Counted from the whole stretch's first letter, positions 1 through 12,350 are shown. The stretch: DNA of 63,992 bases, filler included, from Reticulomyxa filosa (GCA_000512085.1; 19 parts of 19 records of this genome joined end to end with filler, not necessarily neighbours in it); one strand, 5' to 3'. Numbers and translations: made by a program. Notes: a model not told the origin generated them from the letters alone.

Positions 1-27
1 CTTTTTTTTTTTTTTTTTGTTTAGTAC

Positions 28-219
28 TTGGGTCAGGTGAATGGATCCCTTTGCTTTGTTTCGAGACTTGGCATGTTCCTTTTTTTCAAAATATGAAATT
101 GTACGGTCGTCGTACAGTACAAAATAACGCCTCTTCCATGTTTTGTTGAAGACCCCCTTTTTATAGAGCCAGCTCTCCAACAATTTTTCACTATCTAGTT
201 CAAATTGCAGAGAGGGCAT
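28..219 (-). CDS. PH-domain protein, first exon (3' truncated); not in ORF track
   Basis: Manual translation MPSLQFELDSEKLLESWLYKRGVFNKTWKRRYFVLYDDRTISYFEKKEHAKSRNKAKGSIHLTQ, then a GT donor at 27. Classic PH motifs WLYKRG..KTWKRRYFVL and KGSIHL. Confidence 0.88.
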
Positions 220-888
220 TCAAACGATATATTTTGACAGACCAAAGGTTTTTTTCATTTGACCGTTTTTTTGTTCCACCAGTTCCCCTTTTTGAGAGCT
301 GCAAAAAAATATTTAATCATTGTCGTCGATAATGCTTTCTTTTTTTTTCTTCTTCTCTCCTTCTTGTACATATTTTTGTTTTTTTCAAATATCTGATTCT
401 AACTTTTTTAAAGAGTTCATCTAACAAAACAAAAACTCTTCTTTACGTCCTTATTTTTTTTTAGGTGTTACAGTCATAGACAGCTTGACAGCAAGAAAAA
501 GAAAAAAATGAACTTAAGTTTATCAATGAAAGTTTTATTCAAGCTATCTTCAGGTTTTTTTCTTTACTTTTGTTTGTAATCTGGAAAAAAAAAAGAGATA
601 GTGAGTCTAGAGGGAATTTTCTATGCAAAACCTACTTTTAAAGAGTATTACACTTCATTTAACTAAAATATTATGACCAATTTATTTTATTTAATTATTG
701 AAGATTTTATACACATTCTGAACAAAACAATTACAATTATTTTATGTTTAATCTTTCTCTTTCTAAAATCAATACACTTTTGTTAAAATATAATTATTCA
801 TTTTTTCAGTTTAAATGCAGTTTAAAAACACTGATAAACAGAAAAAAACCAATTTTTTTAATTTCTGGTTGTTACAACAATAAGTTAT

Positions 889-1167
889 TTGTGGCTCGAA
901 TTACAAGGCGATAAAATATGGGATGTGTCTTTAGGAAAACAAATTCAAGTACTAGAAGGACATAATGGAATTGTCAATTACATTCATTTATCACCCGATG
1001 ACTTAAAATTAGTGTCATGTTCTCGTGATAAAACAATTCAATTATGGGATAGTGATAAAGGAAAAATTATTGACAATGATACATCACAGTTATTGTTTAC
1101 AAAGAATACAATTATCGATTATCTATTTTGTTTAATGTTATCAAAATGTTCTATAAAAGATAGATAA
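889..1167 (+). pseudogene. WD40-repeat fragment (about one to two repeats), probable gene relic
   Basis: IWDVSLGKQIQVLEGHNGIVNYIHLSPDDLKLVSCSRDKTIQLWD. No further repeats in frame. Confidence 0.6.
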
Positions 1168-1605
1168 ATGTGTATAAAAAAGAGCACAATGTTTTGATAT
1201 ATTCAAAAATTTCATATCATAGGATATAATTTCATTTTTACAAATAAACAGATTATTAAATTCTTTAAATGAATTTGCATGATTTTGTTTAGAATAACAG
1301 TTCGATCATTCAAAAAAAAAATGTTTGGCTCAAAAGAAAATAATCTTCATCCCATCTTCGTATAAAGTCTTTTAAAAGAGAATTTTCAATTTGCAATAGC
1401 TCTGAAAAAAGGGATGAAATTTTATTATCGTGCATATATTTCTTGTTTGTCGTTGATTTTTGAAATTATGCTATATCTTATTTGTCTATTTTTAACACGT
1501 ATTTGCGTGTCGAACTATCTAGAAAATCAGTATTGTTCTGAATAAAACAATCAGTAAATTATTACTTAATGCAATCATGTTGTACTTTATTAGCTTATTA
1601 TTATA

Positions 1606-1763
1606 CAGTAAAATGCAAAGTAAAGTTGACACCTAAAATGGTACCTTATAGAGATGATTGATTTTCTTCATAAAAACACAACATTCAGACCTAATTTTTT
1701 AATTTTAAAAAAATATCTACAAATAGTGTAGTTTTAAATATCATTTTGGCTTTTTATAACACC
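1606..1763 (+). repeat. Dispersed copy of the Tc1-like terminal inverted repeat
   Basis: TA|CAGTAAAATGCAAAGTAAAGTTGACACCTAAAATGG...CAACATTCAGACCTAATTTTT...ATATCATTTTGG aligns by eye with 48149-48296 and, inverted, with 49354-49503. It starts TA-CAGT, as Tc1/mariner ends do. Confidence 0.85.
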
Positions 1764-1805
1764 TTAATTCTTCACTCATCCCCCATTACAGTACTCCAAG
1801 GCTAA

Positions 1806-1905
1806 NNNNNNNNNNNNNNNNNNNNNNNNNNNNNNNNNNNNNNNNNNNNTTAATTAATTAANNNNNNNNNNNNNNNNNNNNNNNNNNNNNNNNNNNNNNN
1901 NNNNN
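1806..1905. other. Artificial contig spacer (N44-TTAATTAATTAA-N44); first of 18 identical spacers
   Basis: Seen directly. The linker has stops in all six frames. Other copies: 3937-4036, 10157-10256, 11281-11380, 13320-13419, 14919-15018, 19201-19300, 23406-23505, 24546-24645, 26622-26721, 28327-28426, 40322-40421, 42738-42837, 44706-44805, 56555-56654, 58134-58233, 59234-59333, 60802-60901. Adjacency across spacers has no biological meaning. Confidence 0.99.
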
Positions 1906-4036
1906 TTCGACAGGAGAAGCAGTTTTTTGGCTGAAGAACAATTTCAACGTGCCTACGTATTCAAAGAATATGTTGAGATTAATTCTATACCATTCAAAAC
2001 ATAAATAAATTGCTGATATATCAAAATAATTACATATATTTGTTGATAATATTACACATGAAGAATAATATAAAATTTTGAATGATGACTTCAAATCTTT
2101 TTCCATTTATTTTTTCACAATAATAAAAAGAACAAATCTTTGACAAAAGTTCTCCAGACCTTAATGTCATGCAATGAAAAAAAATAAAATCATTTTCTGG
2201 AAAATTCAAGAAAATTATCTTCCAAAAATATTGTGGTATTTCATTTTTTAATTTTTTTCTTTCATGTAAAATTTTCTCCAGCAAACACAAAAATGTTGTT
2301 AAAAGAGAAACAATTGTTGCAATGACAACCACATGGATGCACACATCTTTGATCTTATATTTCCACTTTATTGAACATTTTAGGAAACTGTTATCTTGAT
2401 GGATTCACTTTGATTGATCTCTTTCGATCAATGATTTTACTATGTTGTGATTCAACTGCTAAGAAATTGGGAGAAGAAACACAACAAAATATTTACTTTG
2501 GAAAAGAATATAAAAAAATACATGGAATTGCAAAAAACAAGAATCTTCAGAAATTCCTGAATAAACTTGGCATGATTTAAAAAATCTGTATAAGTATAAC
2601 AATCGAACGGATAGAAGTATTTGTCGCCAATAGTATGCATGAGTGTATATATCCAACGGTATTCATCTACGAAAGCGACGATGAAGACCTTTTCATTGCC
2701 AAAGTGTACATAATACAGTCTCAGCGTGATGGAAGAAGTGCTATTTGAAGTAGAGAAAGAAACAAATCCCAAACATTGGTAAAGACATATGGTGATCACT
2801 CTTTGTCCAATCACAGGACATAAGTGGAGAGTCAAGTGAGTGTAGTGAAGAAAAAGCATTACTTGTGTTATTTGCTTTGGGAAACAGTTTTTTGCTTTGA
2901 GTTGCTCACGTGAAAAATTATCCCTTTTTTTTTTTTGGTTTCTAATTTCAATAATCAGTAATTTTTATAAAAATATGATAATCTTTGATATTTCATGAAT
3001 ATTTAAAATTGTGAGTCATTTTTTAATTTTTTGTTTATGTAAATAGAAAATTATTTTTTCAATTCAGTAACTATTATTTAAGTCAGTTATTATATTATTA
3101 ATTTTTTTATCAAATGAAAATTATGTCAAACTATCAATCAAAACAACATGTTACAAGGGGGGGAGCCTAGTTCCAGTTTTTAAATTTTTTTAATTGTAAT
3201 GTGCTCAAGGTTTCAACTACTCTGAAGGAGTCTGCATTAAATTAGCACACATAAGCAAGAGAATCCAATGGTCGTATTTCTTTTTTACTTAATTTCCTTT
3301 GTAGTAAAACTCTTTTCTTTTGTTGAAGTAACAAAAAAAGACAGTCTAATTATATCTTTAGTTTATTCATGAAGATTGTGAAGCTTGATAACGACCAACA
3401 TTAAAAAAAATTTGAAATTTCAATCATATTCATGATCAACAATAAATTGGCTGCCACAAGTGTTATTCATATAACAGGTCTTCACAAGACAGAAATGTAT
3501 TCATTTCCATATATAATCTTTTCAACTGTTGTTGATTTATTTCAAAAAATTTTTAAACTAATGTCAAAAGATCTTTTTGATGTAGATTATTGTTTGTTTT
3601 CTTGAGCAATTGTTAGTAATTGGATTCTGATTCATATGTACTTGCTAGCAAATAACATAGAAAAGCTATACTTTTTTTTTGTTTACTAGTTGACACCACA
3701 CAAGCAAAATTTCAAAACAATCATTAAGTAATATCAATCATGCAAATATTTGCATTTCATGTGCTTAATTGCTGACTAACAGTTCCCAATAAGAAACTCT
3801 TTTCCTCCTTTTTTTTATTATGCATTTGAATACATGTTTGATAAGATCAAAAAATGCTATTCACTCTGGTTTCAAAAGTGAGTCGAGTGCATAATTTCAA
3901 GTACTATTATGCATCAAATTATTTTGACTCATAAAANNNNNNNNNNNNNNNNNNNNNNNNNNNNNNNNNNNNNNNNNNNNTTAATTAATTAANNNNNNNN
4001 NNNNNNNNNNNNNNNNNNNNNNNNNNNNNNNNNNNN

Positions 4037-4397
4037 TTTCTCTTTCTCCTTCTCCATCTTTCAAATAAATATCGATTCGAACATCAAATTGTCCCCAACC
4101 TTCTTCTGTCACTTCATATGGTGGAAGGCTCACCACTCGAACTGGTCCTGGAAAGTCGCTGTGAATATAAAATACCACTTTGTCTACGAAGTAGGACAGA
4201 TCTTCATTATTCAATCCTCGAACATATGCTGTCCATTTATACCAATTCTCATCGTGCTGTTGTTTTGAGCCTGCTGGGTCGCCCACATTCCCAAGCCAAT
4301 GTGTTACATTACCAAACAGCAGCGGCCGAAATAATGTTACGCCAGTTAGTCGTTTGGGATTTTGTTCAGCTGAGGAACATGATAATGCATGTGACAT
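4037..4397 (-). CDS. YAF9: YEATS-domain protein (Yaf9/GAS41-like), 3' truncated
   Basis: Motifs RPLLFGN, YKWTAYVRG, DLSYFVDKVVFYIHSDFPGPVRVV and PPYEVTEEGWGQFDVRIDIY are the YEATS signature. Confidence 0.88.
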
Positions 4398-4897
4398 GTT
4401 CTCCTTCTGAACTATTTTTTATCATATCTTTTTACTTTAGCCTTACTGTTTTTATCCGTTTATATGTTTTCTTGTACTCTTTTGCCATCGTTCTCCACAA
4501 CATGTACAATGCATTTTTGGTGCTTTGATTACAGCGTATCAAAAGAACAAAAATAACAAAATAATCGGAGTACATTACGCTCTTATTCATAAATCATATT
4601 TTCTTTTGTTTCAAAATCTTTTGAAACGAAATAAGAACTACTATTGTGACATTGCCAGTCCTTTAAAGAGTCAATTACACATAAACGCACATATATGCTT
4701 ATCATAACGATTTATTCGATTTGAACAACGCTTCTTAATTTTTGAATGATCTTGTTTTATTTCTTTGCAATAAATTTGCCAATCAGAATCTGATTTGTTA
4801 AAAAAATAAATTGAACAATAGGGCAAATCTCATTCAATTCTTTCAATCCTGCACCAAATGAGTTTCTAAAAAAAAGGGAATAAACAACTAAAAAAAC

Positions 4898-5547
4898 TCA
4901 CAAGATTTCACAACAGCACTGTGTTGAACTCAGTCTCTCAACAGAGCCAATGAAGATATCAAACACAATTTCATCGTCATCATCATCACCATCATCATCT
5001 TGTCTTTGTTCATCCTCAACATCCCCTGAGCCCTTTTTTTCATCTTCAGACTCTTCCAAGTCCATATCGTCTGTATTTTTGACTGACTTTTTGTTGTTGC
5101 TGCCATCATCTGTTTCCAACTCGTGGGCCTTTTCTTCTTCTTTTTTTTTTATTTTCTCTTCCTTTCCGCTTTTCTTTGGAGTTTTTCTGAGTAGTACATT
5201 TTCACAAACAACACAAAAAAATAACGATCTAAAGAAAGTGTAGAATATATTTTTTTTTATGATAACTTGTATCCATAGCCAGGCGGGCAAAATAATTTAC
5301 TCCTTTCACCTAAATACATTCCGACTACTCCTTCAGATAAGCCACGGATTTCATATCGTGAATCCCCGGCAGTGAATGTATATTTTTTGTCGGTTTCGAT
5401 TACTTCTCCACGACTGTTTTTTGACTCTTTCACTGTCGCTGTCACACTGTCTCCGGCTGCTATTTTTACGTCTTTACTTCGAGGTTCAGTAATAATCTCT
5501 TTTCGTACTGGGCATTTATACTTGCCATCTTGTTCATTGCCACTCAT
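4898..5547 (-). CDS. Divergent FKBP-type PPIase-like protein with charged insertion and C-terminal CaaX; exons 5547-5267 and 5186-4898
   Basis: GDSVTATV, YTFTAGD..EIRGLSEGVVGMYLGERSKLFCPPGYGY and EIVFDIFIGSV match FKBP strands. The 80-nt GT-AG intron 5266-5187 joins the two ORFs in frame. Ends QCCCEIL*. Confidence 0.8.
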
Positions 5548-6092
5548 GTCAAGTTTGAAATTTCTTTGTCAAAGAGAAGAAAAATAATAATTACAATGTA
5601 CAAAAACACATGAAAATTATAATGATTTAGAAATATCTGAACATTTTCGTCTTTTCTAGGGAAAAAGAAATCACTCTTATTAACGACAAACCAATTAGAA
5701 AAACACAAAACCGATAGTGATACTATATTTCTGATAAAAGTTTGATCATAAGAAAATTATTTTTGTGTTAATTTTAACTCTTTAGTATTGTGACAGCGCT
5801 ACTATCTCGCACAACTAACAAAATTTTTGTGAAAAGTTTGACAGCCTTCTACCTCTTAAAGAACTTTCAACATGCTTGACGAATTAGATTTTGTTGAAGT
5901 ATGCTTTTTGGCTACGTTTGTATCATATTTATTTATTACACATAGTAGTTTGTAAAGAACATTTTTTTGGTGCATTTTGTCATTTTGAGATAAGATAGAC
6001 AAATTGGTATACAATTTATCATATTTAACTTACTATTTCTTAAAAAATACTTACAATTTAAAAATAATTAAACGTATTATCTTGTTGTAAGA

Positions 6093-6843
6093 ATGGTGAG
6101 TGTGACTGAGCACAATACGAAAGGAACTTTGTAAGAAACTCGATTTACTGAAATTTTATTTTTGTTTGTAAGGCTTTTTCAACAAAGTTAACGGCTAGCC
6201 AGCCAAAAAGGGCTTTTTATGAACTATTGTAAATAAAAATTACTCTTAGGTTTTGTGAAATAAATAGTGTTTCCTTACGATATCGCAGCTTAATATGTGA
6301 TCTTTGTCACTAAATAATGATTGCTAAAGCTTAGTTTTGGAAAAATTCGCGTTTTGCCTGGGAACTAAAGTTTTGTGCGAAAAAAATAAAAGGGGTATTA
6401 CTTTACAAAAGGATGAGATATTATCCTTGCTCGTTGAGAATGTCAACCATTGTTTGAGTTCTTTTTTAAAAGAAATCAAACAAGACATTTTGATGACTGA
6501 CATAAACCCGACAAGGGCCAAAAAATGTCGGGTCTGATTTTTTTTTAGGGTTAAAAAAAAAAAAATGTCCTTACGGTGTTACGCACAGTGTTTGCCATTT
6601 ATACGTCATGTTGATAGAATCGCCGGGCAGGCCGCTTTGAGAAAAATGAACTAAAGATCTTTTTTTTGATGCCTTGCAAGTTTAAAGTAGCCCACGAGGA
6701 GACTTGTTTTTTATTGTTTGTTTTTTGGTTCTGAGTTTTTTATTCGGGCTTGCCCAAGATCAACTTGCGAAAATCTTTTACAGAAGCGTAAAAAATATCG
6801 GGGCAGTCTTGCTGTTCTAAGATTTGCGGCTAACCCCATTTAA
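6093..6843 (+). CDS. Possible small multi-exon hypothetical gene
   Basis: ATG|GTGAG donor at 6093-6100. Putative exons read AFSTKLTASQPKRAFYEL, GITLQKDEILSLLVEN...RAKKCR, CLPFIRHVDRIAGQAALRKM and STCENLLQKRKKYRGSLAVLRFAANPI*. Needs at least one indel; no family recognised. Confidence 0.3.
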
Positions 6844-7012
6844 AATCCGATGATTTTTGAAATGTAGTAATTTTGCTTGTCATAAGAGCATGTTCTGCAA
6901 ATTTTTATTGCATAATAAACATAATACCTTGAAAGAATACACGAGAAGTATCTTAGATACACATGTAATGTAAGTGACAGATCATTTACATCTTCATTCA
7001 AAAAAACAAAAA

Positions 7013-8288
7013 TCACTTAGTACGGTCGACAAAAGATCCTTCTTCTCTATCAGTTCTGGAGTCTCCAGTTTTTTGCCAATTTTGGAATGCTTTCAATACA
7101 TTACCATCTTTATCAATTTTTTTGACAAACTGACTAAAGGGAATTCTTCCACTTTTATTAGCATCCAAATAAGCAAAAAACTGTTGGCAAGACTTTTCAG
7201 AAAAAGCAACAGTGGGACTGGCCTTTTCGGTGGCATACAAGTGTTGCAAATATAATCGCAAGGACTCCAAAAGTGATACACTGAGTGGACTCATCTTCCA
7301 TGATTTTGAAAGCCCTTTCTCTGGCATCTTTCACTTGATACTTCATTTTGGCAATTTTGGCTTCGAGTCTCTCTTGTTTCACCTGATCCAAATTCTTCTT
7401 GCCCACAGATTTGGTGGAGGAAGGAGTAGTAGGACTGAGTACCGTACTGTTGGCTTTAGCATTGGTGAGTTTGGTTGATTTGGGTTTCGGTGTGGTTTGG
7501 CGAGCCGAGTTTGGTGTTGTCACTTGTTCGCCATTACCTATTACATCTGGTTTCGTTGGAGATAGAGGTAATGGCAATGACAGTGCCACGTCATCTATTT
7601 GCGATGTTGCTAGTGTCTCTTCCTTATGCTTTTCCTTTTCCTTTTCTTTTTCTTGTTCTTTTTCCTGTTCTTTTTCCCTTTCTTTTTCTGTTTCTTTTTC
7701 TTCCTCCTTTTCGACAACGATGTTCGGTGCTGTTTCAGTTTCAGTTTCTTCTGGAACTATTGCAATGGGACTAATCATTGGATCGATGTCTTGCGGCAAC
7801 TGCAATGCTGGTGCCGTGTCCCCGACCGACTCATCCTTTTTTGTCTCTGTAGGCTCTGTTGTTGGTACCTCGATCTCTGTCGTTGTCGTTGTTATCATTG
7901 TTGTTGCTGCTGCTGTTGTTACTGTGGCGATGGTCGTTGCTGTTGCGTCTTTTGGAGATTGAAAGTACACAAAGTCCGACTCGTCGTTGGTGAGTAACGT
8001 TGGGCCTGGGGTAGGCGTTGCCGACGAAGCTGGCGTCAATTCTCGCTTGATTTCTTTTATGTCAAATTCTGAGGCGGCGTCTATGTATGCTTCCTCTTCG
8101 ATGGCTGTCAAGTGCTTGGTTGGAAACCATCCCCAACTCCCATTCTTAAATGCTATCAGTGATTTTTTCTTCTCTTGTCGACTTATTTTTCCAACCGCGT
8201 CTTCGTTGCGACGCAAGCGCACAAATGTACCTACTTTCAATGCATCTAACGGATTGGACTTTGTGGTACTGGGGATAGTTGATGTCAT
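7013..8288 (-). CDS. Protein with N-terminal SH3-like barrel, Thr/Glu/Lys-rich linker and C-terminal EF-hand pair (one-base frameshift at 7269-7272)
   Basis: Removing one T from the TTTT run fuses ORFs 7197-8288 and 7013-7327 into AFKIMEDESTQCITLESLRLYLQHLY...FFAYLDANKSGRIPFSQFVKKI, two EF-hand-like helix-loop-helices. LKVGTFVRL..VGKI..SLIAFKNGSWGWFPTKHL resembles an SH3-fold barrel (inference). Confidence 0.65.
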
Positions 8289-8558
8289 TCAAAAAATGTT
8301 AAAGATAATAAATAGAACAAAACGGATGATAAATGTCACTGGCCAGCTTTTTTTTAAGCGCGTCCTTTTTACTTCTTTTACAAGTGCCATCCAACGGAAA
8401 TCCTTCTTGACAAATTTTGTTTTGAAAAATTAATATATAATACTTTGTTGTAGTTTCAAGTAGTATTGTATGAAAAAAAAGAAAAGTAATTGTCACGAAA
8501 TGCAAAGAAATTACAAGGGACAATACCTAAAGATTTTTAAGTTCAAAAAAAATTGATA

Positions 8559-10117
8559 ATGTACACAAGACTCGTCCGGCGTGCAAAACGTATTCGAACT
8601 TTTCCAATCTTCTGGAGTCGGAAATGTACATTTTCGATTACGAGTACGTGCCGATACAGCTCAATCTGGAAGCCGTCCAAGCACGTGTCAGTGTGCAACA
8701 TATCAACAAGGAATAGTGGTAACACAAACCAAAACGATAGCCAAAGCGAAAACAACAGAGAAAGAGCAGACAACGAGAATGATGACGAAGGCAAAAACGA
8801 AAGTCAAGAATCGGCCTCAGATCAATATGTGGAAGTGCCAACACTGCCATGTTACTTATCAAGATTTGACGCAGTGGAATCGTTTGTGGAGTGGGTGAAA
8901 GCACAATCATTAGCACCACAAGATGTTAAAAATAATCCACTGGACTACATTCACGCAGTGGGACGATACTATGTGCCGTATTGGCACTTTGAAGTCAGTG
9001 CACGAAGTGGCTACCATGCAAGTATAACGCCAGATGCCAAGCCAGAGCAAAGGCACTTATGGGTGTGTTATCAAAAAAATTATTGCACATTTTTTCTTTA
9101 ACACAAACACGATCAATCAATTAAATAAACAAGCAAACAAAAAAAAAAGACGAATGAAAAGAGCTCATGTTTATATTCTTCCAATCTATCCGAAATGCAA
9201 GTTGTGGCAAACCCATTACTGTCCGAAGAAGAAAAAAAATTTCTATCGGTCCCCTTGGGCAAAACACAGTTTCAACGGATGCTACACCGGATTGAAGATG
9301 TGCTGCCCACTGTTATCTCAGTTTCGCTTTGTACACGCATATATAGAATATATGTATATATTTTAAATATGCATAGTAAGATTACTCTTACAAACGAATG
9401 GCAACGCATACTTCATTTTTTTTTTTGGGGGGGGAAATGTCCCGGGGTACATTAAAAAAAAAAACAAAAAACAAAGAAAGAACAAGCAACGAACAAAATA
9501 ATTGGTCAATTGAAAGAGTTGGAACACAAACGAATGATTCAATTTATATCCGGACAAAAACTACACAATGTAAAATTTGAAACAGAGTTTGACTACTCGT
9601 CACGCCTGGCTTATATGCCTTGTTTCATTATATATTACTCACCCACTGAAAAAGCTCTTCACACCAATGACTTGGAAATCCCATCTGAGCCGGAACGCAA
9701 TGGTGTTGGTTTGGAAAGAGTGATTATTAATGGTTCTTGCGGTTTCGTATTGTATTACAATGATAATAAATAAATAAATTTATTTACTATTACGACAAAG
9801 TTCCCTCCAACTTTTGTTGTTGTTGTTGTTGGTTGTTGCTTCTCAGGTTCAGTTGCAGGGAAACGATTGTACTCATTTCCGAAAATTGCCACAATCGGCA
9901 GCGGGTTAGTAGCTGCTATTGGGTTTCCATTGTGCAAGGCACTTTTGCTTCCAATCGAAATTTGTGTCGCCACAGTGATGGGTGGGTCTATCATTACCAC
10001 TGCCATGGCCTCCTCCAAGATGTCGTCTTCCAGTTTCATGCTCCATGGAGAAAGACAAAACACGCATCAAGCGCAGTACCGAAGAAAAGCCATGGAAGAC
10101 AAGAACATTGAAGAAAT
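8559..10117 (+). CDS. Four-plus-exon hypothetical membrane protein with mitochondrial-presequence-like N-terminus (3' truncated)
   Basis: In-frame GT-AG introns 9063-9149, 9320-9476 and 9742-9846. Arg/Ser-rich, acid-free N-terminus. Motifs FVEWVKAQSLAP, YYVPYWHF, LAYMPCFIIYY, VIINGSCGSVAGKRLYSFPKIA, followed by two hydrophobic helices. Confidence 0.7.
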
Positions 10118-10156
<39 letters not shown>

Positions 10157-11014
10157 NNNNNNNNNNNNNNNNNNNNNNNNNNNNNNNNNNNNNNNNNNNN
10201 TTAATTAATTAANNNNNNNNNNNNNNNNNNNNNNNNNNNNNNNNNNNNNNNNNNNNTTTGTGAATACACTGAAGTGGTTGGCTGGATGGAACACAAACAA
10301 AAAGCATGGAAATATTCCTCTGTCTGTCTTTGTTCCATATATTTCTTGCTCACTTTGATATTCACTTTTTCATCCGTTAAATGTTAGTGGTTCATTCGTT
10401 TTTCCCTCAAACTACTATTTTAAACTTTTTGCTTTGGGCTTTTTTTGTTTGGAAAAATGAAAAAGCACACACCACAAAGTAACCCAAGGGACCCTCAAGT
10501 GGTTTTAATTAAATTGAGTTTGAATTCATGTGTTGAAACTTTGTCTCCTCTTTTTTTTTTTTTTTTTTTAGCCCACCAACAATTCTTTTCAAAAAAGCTT
10601 GTTCTCTGTGAGATTTTTTTTGAGACGTAACTGAATCTTTCTAGGCTTTGGATTTACTAAATTAGGTTGCTCAACCAAATGCCGGCGATGATTTAAAGAT
10701 ACATGTTCGTCATTTGTTTTTTGCTGTATCTTTAAAAGTTATTGAATGGTCAAAAAAATTCTTTGAAAAGCAAAATTGAAAATTCAAATTTGTTTTTCAA
10801 TACTTCAGCAAATACTTTGCCAAATAGATGGCTTCTTTTTGATAAGTTCATAACAAAGCTATTCATAGGATACCCAATAAATGAGTATCACCAAAGAAAC
10901 AAAAAATTTGAAAATTTATTTATTTTTCTTGTTCAGATAGCCGCAATAGTTTTTGACGTAAACTGTCTGAACAGGGGAATCCCCACAGGGCAGAATACAC
11001 ACAAAAAAATAATT

Positions 11015-11213
11015 ATGTCTCGCCGACGAGGAAGATCAAGAAACATCAAAAATGCAGCACAGAGCCAAAGCCAGGAGTTGAATTCCAACAACGATGGTCT
11101 TATAGAAGATAATGAATCCGAAGCCGAGGAAAGTTCCAGTGACGGTCCGCGAGCAAATGTACCAGCCCGCGGCAGAGGTGGGGTTCGGGCAAACCTGTCA
11201 AGGCGTCACAACG
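11015..11213 (+). CDS. First exon of a hypothetical protein (basic/acidic low complexity, RGRGG motif)
   Basis: MSRRRGRSRN...PARGRGGVRANLSRRHN, then GTAAT donor and a poly-T intron running into the spacer. Confidence 0.5.
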
Positions 11214-11244
11214 GTAATTTATAAAAAGCAAGCGACTCGTTTTT

Positions 11245-11280
<36 letters not shown>

Positions 11281-12009
11281 NNNNNNNNNNNNNNNNNNNN
11301 NNNNNNNNNNNNNNNNNNNNNNNNTTAATTAATTAANNNNNNNNNNNNNNNNNNNNNNNNNNNNNNNNNNNNNNNNNNNNTTTGTTTGCTCAATCAGCTC
11401 TTTTATCAACTTAAAAAAGCGATCTATTTTTTCTGTTTTGGATTTATTTGTTTTTTTATTATTATTTTTCAATCCATCGGCTCACGCAGTAATTTTCTCT
11501 TTCCGTATTTTGCTAGTCAAGAAGACGAAAAACCTGGGTTGATCTCCATTATCACTGCAACGTGGACATACTCTTTCTTTTTAACTGTGGTGGTCATTCT
11601 ACTGATTTTCTAAATCCAGGAGATTTGAAATAAATTTAGTTTACACTTAATATGCAGAAAATTCGGGGTCATCTTTGTTTTAGGGTACAGTGTTCTACGT
11701 TTTGTATTTTAAACTCTTTGTTCTAATTCGTGTTGCCAATATATGAACTCTCTGCTTGTGTACGACGAAAGCCAAGCGCAGCCCAAAGAGACACAACAGT
11801 GTCATGTACTTGTATTTTCTTCGTTTTTAAAACTATTAAGATGTTTCATAAAGTGAAACTCATTTTCCGATGGAAAAGTGTTGTCAACAGAAGTTCAACA
11901 AAACAGGGAAAAGCAACCTTAAAATAATTCAGGATTGTCTTGTAATTGAGGCAAATTGCAATTTGCTGAATTAACAACAACAAAGTCAGAAAAAAGCGAA
12001 GAAAATTCA

Positions 12010-12350
12010 GAGGATAGCTGTATGAGATGTTGTTCCCAAAAAACAAGTTCGAAACTGTTCAGGACATTCTAGATATGAGCACAGAATTTTCACAGATGAT
12101 ATTGTTGCTTCATGTTTATATGACAAAACAATTCAATTATGAATGCAAAATCAGCACGGAATTGGAATGAAAGTAATTAGTTGATATTTAACGTGAATTT
12201 TTCTCCAGATGGCAAAATGCCAGATTTATCTGAAAACATAAAATTGTGAAATGCACCACAGATTAGAATAGCACTTTCTATGCGTGTTATGTGTTAATTT
12301 CATCTGATGGGAGTAATTAAAGCAAATTTTTTGATAAGATCGTTGTCATT
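12010..12350 (+). pseudogene. Degenerate WD40 repeats
   Basis: Broken GHS..., FS.DDIVASCLYDKTIQL* and VNFSPDGK motifs with stops and frameshifts. Confidence 0.65.

Noticed and set aside
1906-3936. Short hydrophobic ORFs as a membrane-protein gene
   Set aside because: No consistent frame, splice model or recognisable motif; at most a decayed relic.
7399-8433. Plus-strand Phe/Ser/Cys-rich ORFs (also 4950-5243, 29486-29913, 56301-56543)
   Set aside because: Antisense or off-frame readings of low-complexity coding DNA.
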